A program made the position numbers and the translations under genes. From Gemmatimonadota bacterium (lineage in GTDB: Bacteria > Gemmatimonadota > Gemmatimonadetes > Gemmatimonadales > GWC2-71-9), in contig JBDHDE010000002.1 of assembly GCA_039591655.1 (NCBI GenBank), positions 49,078-113,077 on the forward strand: a stretch of 64,000 nucleotides of DNA, read 5' to 3'. Below are positions 30,994 to 41,373 of the stretch, piece by piece. How positions within the stretch are numbered: position 1 is the stretch's first letter; each line of letters starts with the position of its first letter. Under the pieces are notes generated by a model, which did no database searches, was not told the DNA's origin, and saw only the letters and a list, made by a program, of their open reading frames with translations.

Positions 30994-32114
30994 CGGCCCA
31001 GAACCCTGGCATAGAGAGCCTCGTACCTGGGAACGACCTCGGTTGCGGCAAGCCCTCGAGCCCGCTCCACGGCCGCCGCCCGAGCAGCGGCCCACCGCTC
31101 ACGCTCCAGCAGTTCCAGAGCCGCCTGCGCCATGGCATCCACATCACCCACGGGGACCAACGCCCCGGTCACACCGTGCTCCACGACCTCCGGCAGCCCG
31201 CCAACGGCGCTGGCGACCACCGGGACCCCGCACGCCATGGCCTCGAGCGCGCTGAGCCCGAAAGACTCGGAGGAGCTGGGGAGCATAAAGAGGTCCGCCG
31301 CGCGCAAGAGATCGGCCACGGCATCCACTTTGCCGAGGAACCGCACGTAGGGAGTCACGCCCAGGCGCTCGGCCTCCACCGCGGTGGCCTGACGCTCGGG
31401 GCCATCACCGACCAACACCAGCACCGCCGGCACCTGCTCTCTCACCTTCGCGAAGGTGCGCACGACATCGGGGACGCGCTTGAGCTCCCGAAAGTTCGAG
31501 ACGTGCATGAGCACCTTGGTATCGGCCGGCGCGAGCGCGGTGCGGCACTTCACTTCATCCGAGGGGAAGTACTCGGTCAGGTTCACGAAGTTGGGAATCA
31601 CGTCGATGTGACAGGCAACGCACCCGAACGCGGCATACGTCTCGGCGCGTAGGAATTCGGAAACGGCCGTCACGGCGTCCGACCGCTCGATGGAGAACTT
31701 GGTGACCGTGAAGAACGAGCGCTCGCGACCGACCAGCGTGATGTCGGTGCCGTGGAGCGTCGTGACGACCTTCAGCTCCCGCTGCTCACGCACCATCTCG
31801 CGCGCGAGGAATGCCGCCGTGGCGTGGGGCACCGCATAGTGCACGTGCAGGATGTCCAGCTCCTCGCGCAGCGCGACCTCTTCCTGCGTCACCGCCAGGG
31901 CCAGGGAGTAGGGAAAGTACTCCAGCAGCGGGTAGGTGCCGCTGAGATCCACCTCGTGGAAGTACACGTTCTCGGCGAAGCCCCGCAGGCGGAAGGGGGA
32001 GGCGTAAGAGATGAAGTGGATCTCATGCCCCCGGCGCGCCAGGTCCAGGCCGAGCTCGGTCGCGACGGCGCCCGAGCCTCCGTAGGTCGGATAACAGGTG
32101 ATCCCTATGCGCAT
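30990..32114 (-). CDS. bshA: N-acetyl-alpha-D-glucosaminyl L-malate synthase
   Basis: CYPTYGGSG, HVHYAVPH, TTLHGTDIT, HVSNFR..KR, ESFGLSALEA. Confidence 0.92.
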   Translation of the reverse strand: MRIGITCYPTYGGSGAVATELGLDLARRGHEIHFISYASPFRLRGFAENVYFHEVDLSGTYPLLEYFPYSLALAVTQEEVALREELDILHVHYAVPHATAAFLAREMVREQRELKVVTTLHGTDITLVGRERSFFTVTKFSIERSDAVTAVSEFLRAETYAAFGCVACHIDVIPNFVNLTEYFPSDEVKCRTALAPADTKVLMHVSNFRELKRVPDVVRTFAKVREQVPAVLVLVGDGPERQATAVEAERLGVTPYVRFLGKVDAVADLLRAADLFMLPSSSESFGLSALEAMACGVPVVASAVGGLPEVVEHGVTGALVPVGDVDAMAQAALELLERERWAAARAAAVERARGLAATEVVPRYEALYARVLGR

Positions 32115-33037
32115 CAGTCGACTTGCTCTCCCCATAGTTGCGCGATGCGATCCGCCAGCGCGTCGGCCGGCTGCGTGGCATCGAGCGTCGTGACTTCATG
32201 CCCTACGAGCTGGTGCCGGAACCAAGTTTCTTGCCGCTTGGCGTAGCGCCGCGTCGCCACCATGACTGCCTCGGCCAGCCCCTCGTCCGCCAACTCCCCC
32301 TGGAGATGCCGCACGACTTCGCGATACCCTACCGCGTCGAGGCCGGGGGCGTCCGGCGCCACCCCCCGATCCAGCACTGTCTGCACCTCCTTCACCCACC
32401 CCGCGCCCAGCATCACATGAACCCGCTCCTCGATGCGGCGGCGCAGGATCGCCCTGGGAACAGTGAGGCGCACGTACCAGGGCCGCATCGCTCCCTCCGC
32501 CTTGGCCTTGCGCTGCCACCATGTGAGCGGTCGGCCCGTGAGCAGGGCAACCTCCACCGCCCGGGCGGCTCGCTGCCGTCCACCACCAGTGTACCCCGGA
32601 TCGAGTCGCGCCGCCCACCGGCCCAGGCCTTCGGCCTGGCGCGCCCAGCGACGCAACCGGTCGCGCCGGTCGATGCCCAGCGGCGGCTCATGAAACAGTC
32701 CGTCGGCCAGAGCGCGAACATAGAACCCCGTGCCGCCCACGACCACCGGCTGGCGTCTGCTGTCGAGATCGCTCAGCCAAGCTGCGGCGTCTGCCGCGAA
32801 TCGTCCGGCACTGTAGCGCTCGCCGGGCTCTACCAGATCGATCCCGAGATGAGGCACGCGGCTGCGCTCCGCCGCCGTCGGCTTCGCGGTGCCGATGTCG
32901 AGCCCTTTGTACACCTGACGGGAGTCGGCCGAGATTGCCACCAGCGGCCAATGCTGGGCGAGGGCCAGCACCACCGCCGTCTTCCCCACGGCCGTGGGGC
33001 CGACGACAACCGGCACCAGCGGCCTAGGTTCGGCCAA
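32114..33037 (-). CDS. miaA: tRNA dimethylallyltransferase
   Basis: GPTAVGKT, SADSRQVY, VGGTGFY, TRRYAKRQETWF. Confidence 0.95.
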   Translation of the reverse strand: MAEPRPLVPVVVGPTAVGKTAVVLALAQHWPLVAISADSRQVYKGLDIGTAKPTAAERSRVPHLGIDLVEPGERYSAGRFAADAAAWLSDLDSRRQPVVVGGTGFYVRALADGLFHEPPLGIDRRDRLRRWARQAEGLGRWAARLDPGYTGGGRQRAARAVEVALLTGRPLTWWQRKAKAEGAMRPWYVRLTVPRAILRRRIEERVHVMLGAGWVKEVQTVLDRGVAPDAPGLDAVGYREVVRHLQGELADEGLAEAVMVATRRYAKRQETWFRHQLVGHEVTTLDATQPADALADRIAQLWGEQVD

Positions 33038-34730
33038 AGCGGCGTCCCACCTCGGTCCTCGAGAGTATCACCATCGCCGGACGCCCGTGCACGTCGTGGG
33101 GCGGGAGCTCGCAGGCAAGCAGGCGCTGGATGAGCTCCTGCATCTCGACCGGGTCCAGGACCTGGCCGGCCTTGACCGCCGCGCGGCATCCATAGGTCGC
33201 CGCAAACCGCTCCAGCCGATTGCTCAGACCTCCCAACCGCCCCTGGGCGAGGTCGCCCACGAGCTCCTCGAAGCAGCGCCCGGCATCGAAGCGGGGGTGG
33301 GGGTTGGGCACGGCGTGCAGCACGACCGACCGACCCCCGAATGGCTCCACCTCGTAGCCCAGGCTGGTGAAGAGATCCCGGTGGGCGTCCACCGCCTCGA
33401 GCTCCTGCGGCGCCAGATCCACCGTCAGAGGAAGCAAGAGCCGTTGCGCCACGGCCGCACCAGCGGCGAGCTGTGCCATGGCCTGCTCGTAGAGTACCCG
33501 CTCGTGCGCCGAGTGCTGGTCCACTACAGCCAGTCCTTCAGGGGTCTCGAACACAATGTAGGTGTTGAAGACCTGGAGGAGTGGACGCGACTCCGGCGGC
33601 GCGAACAGCGGCTCCGCCACCCCCAGCAGCGACTGCACCTCGCCCTCGACGTGCTCACGGGCCGCCTCGGCCCGCACCGTCGCCTCGCGCACCGCGGGGG
33701 CCCCAGGCGTCACATGCCTACTGCCGGCCACGGCCGCGGCCGCCACCGGCCGGAGGGCCGCCCGGACTCCCTCCTCGACCACGCGCTCCACGAACACCTT
33801 GTCGCGGAAACGCACCTCCAGTTTCGCCGGGTGGACGTTGACGTCCACGCGATCCCCGGGCACGTGGAGCGCGAGGAACAGTGAGGGCCGAACCCCCTGA
33901 GGGATCGTCGCGCGGTATCCAGCTTCAGCCGCGCGCACGATGAAGGGGTTACGAAAGGGACGGCCGTTGACGAAGAGGTAGGCGCGGCGTCCGCTGCGGC
34001 GGGCAGCGGCCGGTCGTTGTACCAGGCCCCGCACCGTGGCGTAGCCGTCGTTGTGCTCCACGGGCACGAGCTGCTCGGCCAGCTCGCGCCCGAACAGCGC
34101 TGCGATCCGATCCGCCACGCTCGCTACGCGGGGCGCTTCCGTCACGCGACGGCCATCACTGGTCAGGACGAACGAGACGTCCAGCCGCGCGAGGGCGAGC
34201 ACGGCCAACGCCTCGACGGCCGCACGGGTCTCGCTGCGGGCCGAGCGCAAGAACTTGCGCCGGGCCGGCGTCTTGGCGAAGAGCCTCCGCACGACGACCG
34301 TGGTCCCCCGGGTGCGTGCCACGTCCTCCACGGACTCGAGCCGTCCGCCCCGTACGGCAATCCGCACCCCCGTCCCGCCTTCGGCCGCCGCCGTCTCGAG
34401 CTCGAACACCGAGACGGCGGCAATGGCCGCCAGCGCCTCGCCGCGGAACCCGTAGGTCGGCACACCGATCAGCTCCGTGGCTGAGCGGATCTTCGAGGTG
34501 GCGTGGCGATCGATTGCGAGCACGGCGTCATCCCGGTCCATCCCGGCGCCGTCGTCGCCCACCCGGATGAGCGACTTGCCGCCGTCTTCCAGCTCCACGG
34601 TGACGTTGTGCGCCCCGGCGTCCAAGGCGTTCTCCACCAGCTCCTTGACGACCGACGCGGGACGTTCGACGACCTCGCCGGCGGCGATCTGATCGATCAC
34701 CACCGTGGGAAGGATTGCGATGCGGCCCAC
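33024..34730 (-). CDS. mutL: DNA mismatch repair protein MutL
   Basis: IAAGEVVERPASVVKELVENALDA, GFRGEAL, DVNVHPAK, DQHSAHERVLYE. Confidence 0.96.
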   Translation of the reverse strand: MGRIAILPTVVIDQIAAGEVVERPASVVKELVENALDAGAHNVTVELEDGGKSLIRVGDDGAGMDRDDAVLAIDRHATSKIRSATELIGVPTYGFRGEALAAIAAVSVFELETAAAEGGTGVRIAVRGGRLESVEDVARTRGTTVVVRRLFAKTPARRKFLRSARSETRAAVEALAVLALARLDVSFVLTSDGRRVTEAPRVASVADRIAALFGRELAEQLVPVEHNDGYATVRGLVQRPAAARRSGRRAYLFVNGRPFRNPFIVRAAEAGYRATIPQGVRPSLFLALHVPGDRVDVNVHPAKLEVRFRDKVFVERVVEEGVRAALRPVAAAAVAGSRHVTPGAPAVREATVRAEAAREHVEGEVQSLLGVAEPLFAPPESRPLLQVFNTYIVFETPEGLAVVDQHSAHERVLYEQAMAQLAAGAAVAQRLLLPLTVDLAPQELEAVDAHRDLFTSLGYEVEPFGGRSVVLHAVPNPHPRFDAGRCFEELVGDLAQGRLGGLSNRLERFAATYGCRAAVKAGQVLDPVEMQELIQRLLACELPPHDVHGRPAMVILSRTEVGRRFGRT

Positions 34731-37075
34731 TAGAGGGGCACCACCTCAGTGCGGAGCAGCCACCCCTGCACGACCCCGTCGCTCACCAGCACCCACGCTC
34801 CGTGCTCCCTCTGGATCAGCACCCCGGTGCCGGCGCCGAGCTCCCGCTCCGACGGCGCCGGGCCGTAGGGAGCCGCACGCAACGCAGTGCCATCCAGCAT
34901 GACGAGGGCCACCGGCCTCGCGTAGCGAGAGGCGAAGGCGGCGCCGTAGCCAGCCACCAGCGCCGCCAGCACGAGCACCGGGACGGCACGGCGCACCGGT
35001 GTCCGAAGGGCGAGCAGCACCCAGCCCAGCACCCACAACCCCGCGGCCGCGGCCAGGGCCTCGCCCGGCGTCACGGGCGCTACGAAGGTGAGCCCGCCCG
35101 GCGGGGCATCCGGCGGGGCGCCCGTCTGGAGAGCCCGCCTGACCGTCTCGTCACGCGGAGTCAGCCGAGCTGCGCGGAGCCAGGCCGCTCTGGCGCGCAC
35201 GTCTTCGCCGAGGCGGTCCAGAGCCGCACCGAGATTGTACCAGTGAGCCGCTGCGTAAGGGGTCGCGCGGGCCCGGGTGGCGAAACTATCGGCCGCGGGG
35301 CGCACTGCCCCAGCGTCGTACAGTCGCGCGGGCGACTGCCCATCGGCCGGCCCGGCCGAAACGAGCACCGCCAGCGCGAGGGCCAAGGCCGCCAGTGCAG
35401 TGCGCACCTTGCCCGTTCCTCCTCGCAGCGCCCGCAGCACCTCCTGCACCTCCGCGGTGAGCTCCTCGGGATCGGTGGAGCCTTCCGGGCCGTAGAGCGC
35501 CTGGCGCAGGCGGTCGCGCACCCGGGCTGCGTGTGTCGCCAGAGAGTCCTCGACTCCGGCAGCGCGCAGCGCGTCGGCCAAGCCGTCGCTCACCCGAAGC
35601 CGGGTCTGTGGCACGAAGCCCTCGAGAATGTCGCGAAACTCCAACTCCAGCGTCCGCAGGGTGAGCGTCTCGACCAAGCGGGGCGCCCGTCGCGGGCGCC
35701 GCAGCCGGCGAAGCCACCGCGTGCGAGTGCGCAGCGCGACGGCAGCCAGCGGCGGCGCGACCCCTATCACGATCCACACCCACAGGGACACACGCGTCAG
35801 CCACGCGTCGAGCGACAAACCTCCGGGCGTGAGCAGCGGCCGGACCGTCTGCACCGGCGTGATGCCGGCCAGTCCGCTGGGTGTCACGAACTCGAGTGCA
35901 GGCGCGCGAAGCTGGACGTAGCGATCGGTGTCGATATCGAAGTAGGCGTAGCTGGTCGCCGGCACGCGATGGGTGCCGGCGGAGTCGGCCACCACGAGGT
36001 AGTCGAACACCTTCGACCCCCCCACCAGACCGTACTCGGCGGCGATGCTCACCGTCACTTCCTGGGGATATGCCCTCAGTCCGACCGGCCAGTCGAATTC
36101 CGGCTCGGGCCAGAGCGCCACGTTTCCCTGCCCCGTGAGCACGGCCCGGACCTGCGCCGCATCCCCCAGGCGCAGCTCGCCCGGGGGCGCATCCACCTGG
36201 AACAGGAGCCCGCCGCCCGCGGCGCCCGCATAGCCGCGCACGCCGCGCGGGCGAGGCAGGGCCGCCACCCGCACGGCCCGCGGCTCGCTCTGCACCTCGT
36301 GGCGCAGCTCCCGGCTGAGGAACGAGGAGGAGACGGGTACGCTATACGACACAGTAGCGCTGCCGATCTCCATCACACCGGCGGTCAGAGGGAAGACGAC
36401 CCTGTGGAGCGCGAACAGGTCGTACCACACGCCGCGCACCCGCCGACTGGTGACGATCCCCAAGGGGGCCGGTCGATCGTAGGTCCAGGCGCCGCGGATC
36501 AGGGGTGGTTCCAGTGTGGGCGGGTTCCTCAGCCGGGCGCGGATGTCCCGGGGAAACCAGGCAACTACCACGACGTCCACCTGCTGGCCCAGCACCACCG
36601 AATCGGGGCTGGTGACGACGGCTAGGCTCACCTCGTCGGGCACCACGTCCGGAGCCGGCGCTGCTTCGACCATCCGTTCAATGCGCGGATCCAAGGCCGT
36701 GGGTGCGGCGGTCGTGGGCGCCGATACAGTGATCCGGATGGGAGCTGTCTCGGCCGTCTCCTCACCCTGCCGCACCCGCACTCGCCCGATGGTGCCGATG
36801 CCAGGCCGCAGGGCCCTCAGGGTCAGACGCCGCGTTGTGATCCGGGCCGGCACCGGGCCCTCCACGCTCACGCGGGTCTGATCCCGGGCGCTCAGCAGCT
36901 CGAGGCCGAACAGGTCGGGGTCGCCGATCTCCACGGGAGCGCTCCCGCCTGGCGCCTCCACGGTGATGGTGAGCACCAGCTCCTCACCGACCTGGACCTC
37001 CTGCCGGTCCACCTCGGCGATCACCGCCAGCTGCTGCTGCAGCATGACGGCCGCGAGCAGGAGGATGGTCACCAT
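34730..37075 (-). CDS. batD: BatD family protein with C-terminal BatE-like (TPR + SH3-like) region
   Basis: Signal peptide, Ig-like repeats, G.GNV motif, TM, HWYNLG TPR, C-terminal LRAAP...GW; start placed at MVTILL. Confidence 0.78.
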   Translation of the reverse strand: MVTILLLAAVMLQQQLAVIAEVDRQEVQVGEELVLTITVEAPGGSAPVEIGDPDLFGLELLSARDQTRVSVEGPVPARITTRRLTLRALRPGIGTIGRVRVRQGEETAETAPIRITVSAPTTAAPTALDPRIERMVEAAPAPDVVPDEVSLAVVTSPDSVVLGQQVDVVVVAWFPRDIRARLRNPPTLEPPLIRGAWTYDRPAPLGIVTSRRVRGVWYDLFALHRVVFPLTAGVMEIGSATVSYSVPVSSSFLSRELRHEVQSEPRAVRVAALPRPRGVRGYAGAAGGGLLFQVDAPPGELRLGDAAQVRAVLTGQGNVALWPEPEFDWPVGLRAYPQEVTVSIAAEYGLVGGSKVFDYLVVADSAGTHRVPATSYAYFDIDTDRYVQLRAPALEFVTPSGLAGITPVQTVRPLLTPGGLSLDAWLTRVSLWVWIVIGVAPPLAAVALRTRTRWLRRLRRPRRAPRLVETLTLRTLELEFRDILEGFVPQTRLRVSDGLADALRAAGVEDSLATHAARVRDRLRQALYGPEGSTDPEELTAEVQEVLRALRGGTGKVRTALAALALALAVLVSAGPADGQSPARLYDAGAVRPAADSFATRARATPYAAAHWYNLGAALDRLGEDVRARAAWLRAARLTPRDETVRRALQTGAPPDAPPGGLTFVAPVTPGEALAAAAGLWVLGWVLLALRTPVRRAVPVLVLAALVAGYGAAFASRYARPVALVMLDGTALRAAPYGPAPSERELGAGTGVLIQREHGAWVLVSDGVVQGWLLRTEVVPL

Positions 37076-38691
37076 TCCTTGCGCCCCCTGGTCTCCCGCT
37101 CCCGGGCCTGGCGCTGCAGCTGCCGGGCGCGGGTGCGGCGCTCTTCCTCGGCCATGGAGTTGAGGATCTGCTGTGCCTGGGCCGGCGAGAGTCCTTCGGG
37201 CGGTGGCTCGCTGGGCGGCGGCTCGCCACCCTCGCCGCCTCCGGAGGGAGGTGGCCCCGCAGCGTCCTGGGCCGGCATCCGACGGATTGTCAGCTCGAGG
37301 TTCCACTTGGCCGCATCGTGCCCCGGCTCCAGCAGCAGTGCCTCCCGATAGTGGCCTGCGGCCGCAGCGAGATGCTGGGCCGCGCGGCCCGAGTCCCGCT
37401 CGGCCTGACGTAGTCTCAGCAGACCGAGGTTGTACAGCGCGCGGAACCGGAGCTCCGGCTCCATAGAGGTGGCCGCGCGCTCCAGGGCGTGCTGGGCCAG
37501 GGTCGTGTCGTCCAGGGTCAAGGCCGCCGTCCCCAGGTTGAACCAGGCGGTGTCACCCCCTTCGCCGTCCTGCACTTGGGCCATGTATTGCTCCGCCGCC
37601 TCACGGAAAGCCCCCCGGGCCCACGCTCGATCCCCCTCGTTGGCCGTACCCTGGGCCTGAGCGTCGCGCCCCGGCCACAAGAGCAGCAGCAACGACACGA
37701 GAGCCAGCGAACGGCGGGTGAAGGTGTGGAGTAAGAGCAACACCGTCCCGGCGAGCAGTGGAATCCAGGCGCGGGAGATGTCCTCGGCCGCCGTCGAGGT
37801 AGCCTGCGGCGAGCGCTTGTACGCCGCCACCAGCTCGCGCACGGCCCCCGCCTGGTCGCCCAGCTGCGCTGCCACCAGCACTCCCTGAGCGGCATCGGCC
37901 ACGGCCGTGAGTATATCGTCCCGCCTGCCCGTGGCCACAACTTCGCCCATGGGGTCGCGCTGGTAGCCGATCAGGGTTCCATCGACATCCCGCACCGGGA
38001 TCGGCACCGGCTCGACCCCTCCCTCGGACACGACCACGAGCCGCACGCGCTCGCGGCGCAGCCGCTCGGCGGCGCTCACGATGGCCGCCAGCGAATCGTG
38101 GGCCTCGCCGTCGGTGAACACCACCAGGACCCGATCCGCCACGGGATCGCCGGCGAACAGGAGCTCCCTCCCCTGCGACAGCATCGCATTGAACTCTGTC
38201 CCGCCCGCGCTCGTGAGGTCGGGATCCAGCGCGTCGATCAGCAGGTGCAGCGCGCCCCCATCCACGGTGAGCGGCGACAGCACGAAGCTCTGCCCCGCAA
38301 ACGCGATGAGGCCCACCCGGTCGCCCCCCAGGTCGTGCACCAGCCGTCGTGCCTGCCGCTTGGCCCGCTCCAGGCGGGACGGGGCCACATCCTCCGCTAG
38401 CATCGAGCGGGAGATGTCCACCGCGATTACGAGATTGAGTCCCTTGGTCTCGGCCGTGACGACCCGACTGCCCCACCGCGGGCCGGCCAGGGCCCCTGCC
38501 GCTGCCACCGCCACGAGCCCCAGGACGAGCGGGCTCAGGCGCCCCATCCGGGCGGCCCGGGTAGCGAACGCCGCCGACCAGCGCCGGGCCCTACCCACCC
38601 GGACGGCCCTGCCCCACCAGGCGAGGGCCGCCCCCAGTGCCCCTATCGCCGGGGCCAGCCAGATGAGCAGCGGCTGGTCGAAGCTCATCAC
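37069..38691 (-). CDS. batB: VWA + TPR protein (BatB-BatC-like fusion)
   Basis: DISRSM MIDAS, TDGE, then TPRs (WFNLG, LYNLG, AKWNLE), ending KEW. Confidence 0.85.
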   Translation of the reverse strand: MMSFDQPLLIWLAPAIGALGAALAWWGRAVRVGRARRWSAAFATRAARMGRLSPLVLGLVAVAAAGALAGPRWGSRVVTAETKGLNLVIAVDISRSMLAEDVAPSRLERAKRQARRLVHDLGGDRVGLIAFAGQSFVLSPLTVDGGALHLLIDALDPDLTSAGGTEFNAMLSQGRELLFAGDPVADRVLVVFTDGEAHDSLAAIVSAAERLRRERVRLVVVSEGGVEPVPIPVRDVDGTLIGYQRDPMGEVVATGRRDDILTAVADAAQGVLVAAQLGDQAGAVRELVAAYKRSPQATSTAAEDISRAWIPLLAGTVLLLLHTFTRRSLALVSLLLLLWPGRDAQAQGTANEGDRAWARGAFREAAEQYMAQVQDGEGGDTAWFNLGTAALTLDDTTLAQHALERAATSMEPELRFRALYNLGLLRLRQAERDSGRAAQHLAAAAGHYREALLLEPGHDAAKWNLELTIRRMPAQDAAGPPPSGGGEGGEPPPSEPPPEGLSPAQAQQILNSMAEEERRTRARQLQRQARERETRGRKEW

Positions 38692-39668
38692 GGCACCCGC
38701 ACGACAACCGTGGCCGCCAGCACCAGTTCCAGCGCTAACGCCCCGATCCCCACGAAGAGGGGCAGGTGGAAGGCCTCGTTGTACTGCGTGTAGCGCGTCA
38801 CCACGACGGGGGTCTTCTCCAGGCGATCGATCTGCTGGAAGATGCGGTTGAGCGCCTCCGGGTCGGTGGCGCGAAAGTACCGCCCACCGGTGATCCGGGC
38901 GATGTCCTCGAGCAGCTCCTCGTCGATCCGCACGGGCAGCGTCTGATACCGCAGCTGTCCCTGGGTCCCCCGCCCGATAGGCATGGGTGCCTCACCCTCG
39001 GTCCCGACCCCCACGGTGTATATCCGGATCCCGAACTGCGCCGCGGCCTCGGCCGCGGTGCGGGGATCCAGCATGCCCCTGGTGTTCTCCCCGTCGGTCA
39101 GCAGCACCGCGACTTTGCTCGCGCCCGGCGCCCGACGCAGGCGGTTGGCCGCTGTCCCGATGGCGGTACCGATGGCCGTGCCGTCCTCGAGCTCTCCCAC
39201 CCGAAGGCCCCGCACCGCCTGCTCCAGCACCGTGTAGTCCACTGTGATTGGCACGCGGGTGAGCGCCTCGCCGGCGAAGGCCACCAGGCCGATGCGATCG
39301 AACTCGCGTCCCGAAACGAACGCCACGGACTGCTCCTTGGCCACGTCGAGACGGTTCGACGGCGCGAAGTCTTCGGCAAGCATGCTGCTGGACACGTCCA
39401 CCGCCAGTACGATGGCGATTCCCTCGCTGGTGGTGTCCGTGGAGGAGATCCCGTACTCGGGCCCTGCTGCCGCCACGATCCAGGCAGCCAGCGCCAGGGT
39501 CCGGAGTGCCGCGGGGACCCCCGCGAGCCAGCGTCGCCTGGTGCGCGCCGCTCGGAGCTGCCGGGCGTCACTGTAGGACGCCACCGGGGGCGGGCGGCGG
39601 TGGCGGCGCCACCACCACAGCGGGAGCGCCAGGAGCAGCAGCAGGACTAGGGGGCGCGCGAAGATCAT
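38688..39668 (-). CDS. batA: VWA domain protein BatA
   Basis: DVSSSMLAEDF, DGTAIG, LTDGEN, TGGRYFRA. Confidence 0.88.
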   Translation of the reverse strand: MIFARPLVLLLLLALPLWWWRRHRRPPPVASYSDARQLRAARTRRRWLAGVPAALRTLALAAWIVAAAGPEYGISSTDTTSEGIAIVLAVDVSSSMLAEDFAPSNRLDVAKEQSVAFVSGREFDRIGLVAFAGEALTRVPITVDYTVLEQAVRGLRVGELEDGTAIGTAIGTAANRLRRAPGASKVAVLLTDGENTRGMLDPRTAAEAAAQFGIRIYTVGVGTEGEAPMPIGRGTQGQLRYQTLPVRIDEELLEDIARITGGRYFRATDPEALNRIFQQIDRLEKTPVVVTRYTQYNEAFHLPLFVGIGALALELVLAATVVVRVP

Positions 39669-40480
39669 GACTCCAGCCGCTCTGCCAACCGCTCCGCCTG
39701 TTCCACCAGCTCCACGACGTCGCTCGGCACAGCCGGGGAGAATCGGGCCCGCTCCAGGGCCCGCAGCAACTCGCTGAGGTCTCTCAAGGGCCAGTCCACC
39801 TCGGCGGCCCGCAGCACCTCGAGGCACTCCTCGGTGTCCAGGTGGCGCCCGGCCTGGGGAACAAGCTCCGCGATGAGGCCCCGCATGGCGTCAGCGGTCA
39901 CCGCTGCCACCGCCCGGGGCTCGCCGGCCGACATCCAGCGGTCCACCGGGGCAGGCGGACGCGCCACTGCAGCCGGATCATCCGGCGCGACCGGGCCGGG
40001 CCGGCGCCTGGCCGCGCCCCATGCCACCGTACCCAGGAGCACGGCGCACGTCATGACGATGAGCGGCAGCGGCGTCCTCGCGGCCCTGGTCACGGGCGCC
40101 AGGGCCGGCAGCGCCGGCGGCACGTGGTCGTCGGCCGGAAGCACGCTGGCCACGGTGATCCACGCGGTGTCCCCGAGCACCGTCTCCACTCGCCCGTCGG
40201 GATACAGCAGCTCCGCGCTGGGCATTGGGATCGCGTGCTCGCCGGGCTGGAACAGCGCCACGGTATAGAGGATCGTCAACGCGCCCTCGGCATAGGCCGC
40301 CCGAGGGGGGCTGAGCGGCTCCAGCAGGGGTGAGGCATCCAGCGTCTGGAGCCTCGCCTGCACGTCCGGCGGGGCGGAGAGACGCCGCACCAACCGCACC
40401 GTATCCCCCACGGTAGCGGCACCGGGCGCCGCCGACCACACTGGCGCCTGCAGCGCGATCAGGAGCAGCAGATATGTCAC
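39665..40480 (-). CDS. hypothetical membrane protein of the Bat cluster
   Basis: ATVGD N-terminus, one TM, T.E and ARFS motifs; translationally coupled on both sides. Confidence 0.7.
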   Translation of the reverse strand: MTYLLLLIALQAPVWSAAPGAATVGDTVRLVRRLSAPPDVQARLQTLDASPLLEPLSPPRAAYAEGALTILYTVALFQPGEHAIPMPSAELLYPDGRVETVLGDTAWITVASVLPADDHVPPALPALAPVTRAARTPLPLIVMTCAVLLGTVAWGAARRRPGPVAPDDPAAVARPPAPVDRWMSAGEPRAVAAVTADAMRGLIAELVPQAGRHLDTEECLEVLRAAEVDWPLRDLSELLRALERARFSPAVPSDVVELVEQAERLAERLES

Positions 40481-41373
40481 CGGCGGAGCCGTCGGGCGCG
40501 CTCGGCGAACGCGCGGTGCAGCGCCTCGGCGTAGGGCTGGTCGGTGAGCAGCGCGATGTGGTCCACCTGCACCTGCTTGAGGGCCCGGGCCCGGTCGAGT
40601 CGCGCCTTCTCCGCGGCCATGGCCAAGGCCAGACGAGTGGGCCCGTGGGAGGTGTCCACCAGCACCTGCTCCCCCGACTCCGCGTCCTGTAGCTCGATCC
40701 AGCCGGCCTCGGGGAGCGCGAACTCCCGCGGATCGTCCACCGTGATGGCCACGACCTCATGGCGCCGGGAGAGGCGGCCCAGGGGCTCCTCCCAACCCGG
40801 TGCGCGGAAGTCCGACAGGACCACGACGATGGAGCCATGGCGCAGCAGCCGCGATGCATAGGCCAGAGCCGCCGCGATGTTGGTGTGCGGGTCCTGCGGT
40901 CGAAAGGCGAGGAGATCCCGGATGATACGGAGGGCGTGCAGCCGTCCCTTTCGTGGCGGGACCACGTGGTCGATGCCGCCGGAGAAGATGAGCGCTCCAA
41001 CTCGGTCCTTCTGGCGCGCCGCCGCCAAGGCGAGCACCGCGGCGACCTCCACCCCCAACTCGGCCTTGGCCACCGGGGAGCCGAACTCCTCGGACCCCGA
41101 GCGATCGACGATGAGAAGCACGGTGAGCTCGCGCTCCTCCATGAAGACCTTCACATAGGGTGAGCCGATGCGGGCAGACACGTTCCAGTCGATCGACCGG
41201 TAGTCGTCACCCTGCTGGTAGGCCCGCACCTCGGCGAACTCCATGCCGTGGCCGCGGAAGACCGAGCGATATTCTCCGGAGAAGAGCGTGTTGACGAGCC
41301 GGCGCGTGCGCAGCTCGATCGTTTTCACCTGCCGCAGTACGTCGGCCCCGACGACGCGGGACGGGTGGGTCAC
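40477..41373 (-). CDS. DUF58 domain protein
   Basis: GMEFAEVRAYQQGDDYRSIDWNVSAR, VLSDF. Confidence 0.92.
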   Translation of the reverse strand: MTHPSRVVGADVLRQVKTIELRTRRLVNTLFSGEYRSVFRGHGMEFAEVRAYQQGDDYRSIDWNVSARIGSPYVKVFMEERELTVLLIVDRSGSEEFGSPVAKAELGVEVAAVLALAAARQKDRVGALIFSGGIDHVVPPRKGRLHALRIIRDLLAFRPQDPHTNIAAALAYASRLLRHGSIVVVLSDFRAPGWEEPLGRLSRRHEVVAITVDDPREFALPEAGWIELQDAESGEQVLVDTSHGPTRLALAMAAEKARLDRARALKQVQVDHIALLTDQPYAEALHRAFAERARRLRR

